DNA of 64,000 nt from Phoronis australis (lineage: Eukaryota; Animalia; Phoronida). The stretch spans positions 140,502 through 204,501 of the forward strand of contig NMRA01000687.1 of NCBI GenBank assembly GCA_002633005.1. Direction: 5' to 3'. Positions 61,019 to 64,000 of the stretch are shown here, one piece after another (within the stretch, counting starts at the first letter, position 1; each line of letters starts with the position of its first letter). The notes under the pieces are model-generated. The model worked only from the letters and a program-made list of their open reading frames with translations. It made no database searches and had not been told where the DNA came from. Made by a program: the position numbers and the translations under genes.

Positions 61019-64000
61019 TGACTCATTGCATCCTCACCAACGAGGCTGACTTGTGTACCAGTCAGATGCAGTTCCTCTTCATACACAAACAATCCATTGG
61101 CACATTGTCTTATGGTAACTTAGTACTGCGATTCACATTTCTTCAGGGCCAATGACTTGTACATTGTACCATGCAGCACTGCTGGTGCGTGGAAATGCTG
61201 TGGGTAGAGAAAGGAGCAACAAAGCTTGTCTATGTTGCGGCTTGAAGTGGCCTTAAAATGTCACTGAACCTGGAACAAATAGAAATGTGAATGATTAAGT
61301 ACTCTAGGTTGGGTCAAAAATGCTACCCTTGTTTTTCAAAAATATGATATGGTGACTGCTCTACTATTTAATACAAAATTAAATGATTACTATTTTCAGA
61401 AAGCAAGGAAGCATATAATAAGTATTGTATAAAACTGCGTCTTTATTTTTCATTCGTATCCATAACAGTTCTTTGAACTCATCACTTGTCTTCAAAATAT
61501 GCAACTTTTTGAGACAACTTCAAACCTTTGTTACCCATTTTCAAGCCTTATTATTTTTGAAAATTTTCTGCAATTTTAAACTCCGATTACAGATTCATGG
61601 ATCTGTCAAGCATATCTCTAGTCTAAGGCTGAGGGAACCGTTTGTAAGACTTTTTATTTTTCTTGTAATAGAAGATATGAAGACTTAGGTCATTTAAAAA
61701 TGATGGTTAATCTTTTTGTTGTTTAAGAGTAATTACAAATTGCGAGGCACCATCAAAAATGCAATTTTCACAAGAATGGAAGTAATTTGAATTTATAAAG
61801 GACTCGCAACATTTCAAGGCATGAGTTAAGACTATTCAGTCACTGAGAATTCAGAAAATATATTTTTAAGAGTTTACAATTGATAGCAAAACAGTTCCAT
61901 GAAATGAACTTGAAGGAACTTCATGAAGGTTAAGAATTACCTCACCATGCTCTTTCCCCCAGACATGTATTACCTGTTATTTCCACACATTCAGTTGCAC
62001 CAAATTTTACAACCCCAACAACAGATCTGCACTGGATGGGAAGATCTTGCTAATTAGTTGCAGTCACATGCTTAAAACCAATTTTTGTCCATTCAGGGAC
62101 GGCGCAGGATGCTTATCTCCTCTGCACGGTACAAGCCCTCAAAACATGATACATTTCCATTTCAACGTGTAATAGATTTCCGGAAGACATAGGATAGGGA
62201 GTAAACAAATAGTCTTGTTGTGAATGTGGGATTCTTTCATTCTGTGGCGTCATGCGGTGCTGTCTGTGTTCGTCCCTGTGTGTGTTTGTTTGCATTGTTT
62301 TCATGGTTAGCCTGAATATATTAAGTCACATGACTCGATCTAGGCACTGTTTTGAAGATAGTCTGGGGTGTACACCTCTGGAGTGAGGACGTCGTTTGGC
62401 AGGGGTCTTAGCTTGAGTCAGTGGTACAGTCAATATCTAAGTGAAGTCGGACGGCTATAAGTCTGGTAAGTCTGTTTCCTGAATTACCTGCTTGCAGGCC
62501 GCGTTTACTATATTCTAATGGATATTTGTCACGTGCTCTTTGCCATTGGGCTTGGATTGTAATCTTAACTCAGTGACCATGAGTTGACATCATAAAAATT
62601 CAGCATTGATTGATGTAACTGTCACTGATGAACTGTTAGAAATCATTCCAAACAATAATACTGATTTGATGTACAAAAAGATCCCGAGAGCTACGTCAAA
62701 TATCGTAACACATATCACAACAAAGATTAACCCGACTGGCGACTGCCGCGAAATCGACATCGACGAGTACCTCAGTCAACAGGCAACATTAAAATAAACA
62801 TGTAATAATCGTTAAAATAATCACAAACCTTACCTTTGTATAAAGTCGTGCTTACTTCCTCTCGTTGAAGCACCCTCAGTTTCACGCAATCTCAGATTCT
62901 GTTGGCACGGCTGCAAGCTCTTTCACCAGGCTACACGAGTCTCAGTTTATGACATGGGCAAAAGCTCTTTGAAATTTCGTAAAAATCCCGAGGCTTACTC
63001 ACAGGTACCGTAAAAATGAAATCTCGACGTATTTGAAACTTTCAACCACATGACGCCACTTTTGTAAAAACACGCTTGCGCAATGTAAAGTAAACTCAGG
63101 TACTTTTTGTTAAAAGTTTTACCTTAAACTGAACAATTGTAAATTGCATTCAGCTTTCTTAACAGTATTCGGGTCTTTAAAGTTGAAACATTAAAACTTA
63201 ACAAATGTTTATAAATAACATTTAGCACGGCTTCTCCGCGCGTGAATACTGAATTGACCTTGAGACAGCACAGCTAAACAGTCTCACCGCGTTTTTTGAG
63301 TTGGGGTTCGTCTACGTTTGAATGAACGACGTGGATATGGAATTTGCCGCAGAAAATGGGTCCGTTTAAGAAGTTGTTCACATGGCCTTCGGATTGGGAA
63401 TAAGTGCAGTTGCGACAACCAATTTGTCAATCATAACTTTGTCACCTTCACGGAATTCCGGTCTTATTTGGTTGCCGAGCGTTTCGTTGTTGGTATAGGC
63501 CTAAGTGTTTTCCAGACGATAAAACGTAAGGCGTATGAATTTCTACTTTGCACTACTTTGTGATTTGCCCATCTAATATGAAAATTACGTACTCGGTTTT
63601 ATTAACCAGTCGTGTCGTAACACATTCGAGGTCATGTGAGAAAAATAATTTTTCCACTTAAGCGTCGGAGTGAATTTCACGTTTGGCGGAAAAATATGCT
63701 TCATAGATCTTTATTGGTCAGGAAAATAAACGACTAAGGGCCCGAAGGAAGGAGTGATTATAAAAGACGTGTTACATTTTATTTTCAGCCGAGTTCGAGT
63801 CCACCTTGGTCGGGGTTGTAATCGCCGCTCTCCAGGGGGGCGAACAGTTGGAATTGTTGGAATACGTCAAATTTGTGGACGAAATGAATAGTTCCTAAAT
63901 ATTTCTTCATTTATCGTAGTTTTAAGACACACTGTTACCAAAAATCAAAACTACTGGAACGGGATATTTTCAATGGAATTTCAACACTGACATTATCAAT

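Larger units (their letters stand above)
59745..62900 (-). pseudogene. YqaJ (lambda-exonuclease-like) transposon protein remnant with N-terminal SAP-like motif; exons ~62900-62834, 62311-~61940, 61269-~59745
   Basis: LRETEGASTRGSKHDFIQR|L (SAP-like). ATSSRNIDKL..HAPAVLHGTMYKSLAL..*VTIRQCANGLFVYEEELHLTGTQVSLVGED resembles HG..E..CGLFV..LGASPDGLV. LKLKKT**HSGLVQGQ..CTFKD..PKLDLF resembles the YYYQVQGQ region. Many stops, and a MITE insertion. Confidence 0.75.
58065..63100. mobile_element. Decayed two-gene DNA transposon, ISL2EU/PHIS-like (THAP gene on +, SAP-YqaJ gene on -, convergent)
   Basis: THAP and YqaJ remnants face each other. Inverted subterminal match ATTGCGCATGCGT (58089-58101) vs ACGCTTGCGCAAT (63072-63084). 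Exact ends and TSD not resolved. Confidence 0.7.

Overview
Eukaryotic (invertebrate bilaterian, probably lophotrochozoan; AT-rich) genomic DNA dominated by one complete Pax6 gene on the minus strand. I reconstructed 9 coding exons by hand (28724 to 9199, all GT-AG, phases consistent, 1362 nt = 453 aa): a paired domain with the Pax6-type I42/Q44/N47 residues, the MYDKLGLL linker motif, an S50 homeodomain and the GLISPGVSVPIQVPG...YWPRI C-terminus. The ~35 kb upstream has no recognisable intact protein-coding gene. It holds a candidate divergent spliced transcript, orphan plus-strand exons, many old palindromic MITEs, two tRNA-derived elements and a decayed two-gene DNA transposon (THAP on +, SAP/YqaJ exonuclease on -, ISL2EU/PHIS-like; ~58.1-63.1 kb) interrupted by a MITE that itself carries a tRNA-like cassette. 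Almost all ORFs in the supplied track are chance ORFs. I found no clear new biological system. The best leads are Pax6 regulatory features (uORF cluster, in-frame alternative donor, divergent transcript) and the nested transposon. All calls are by eye, with no database searches.
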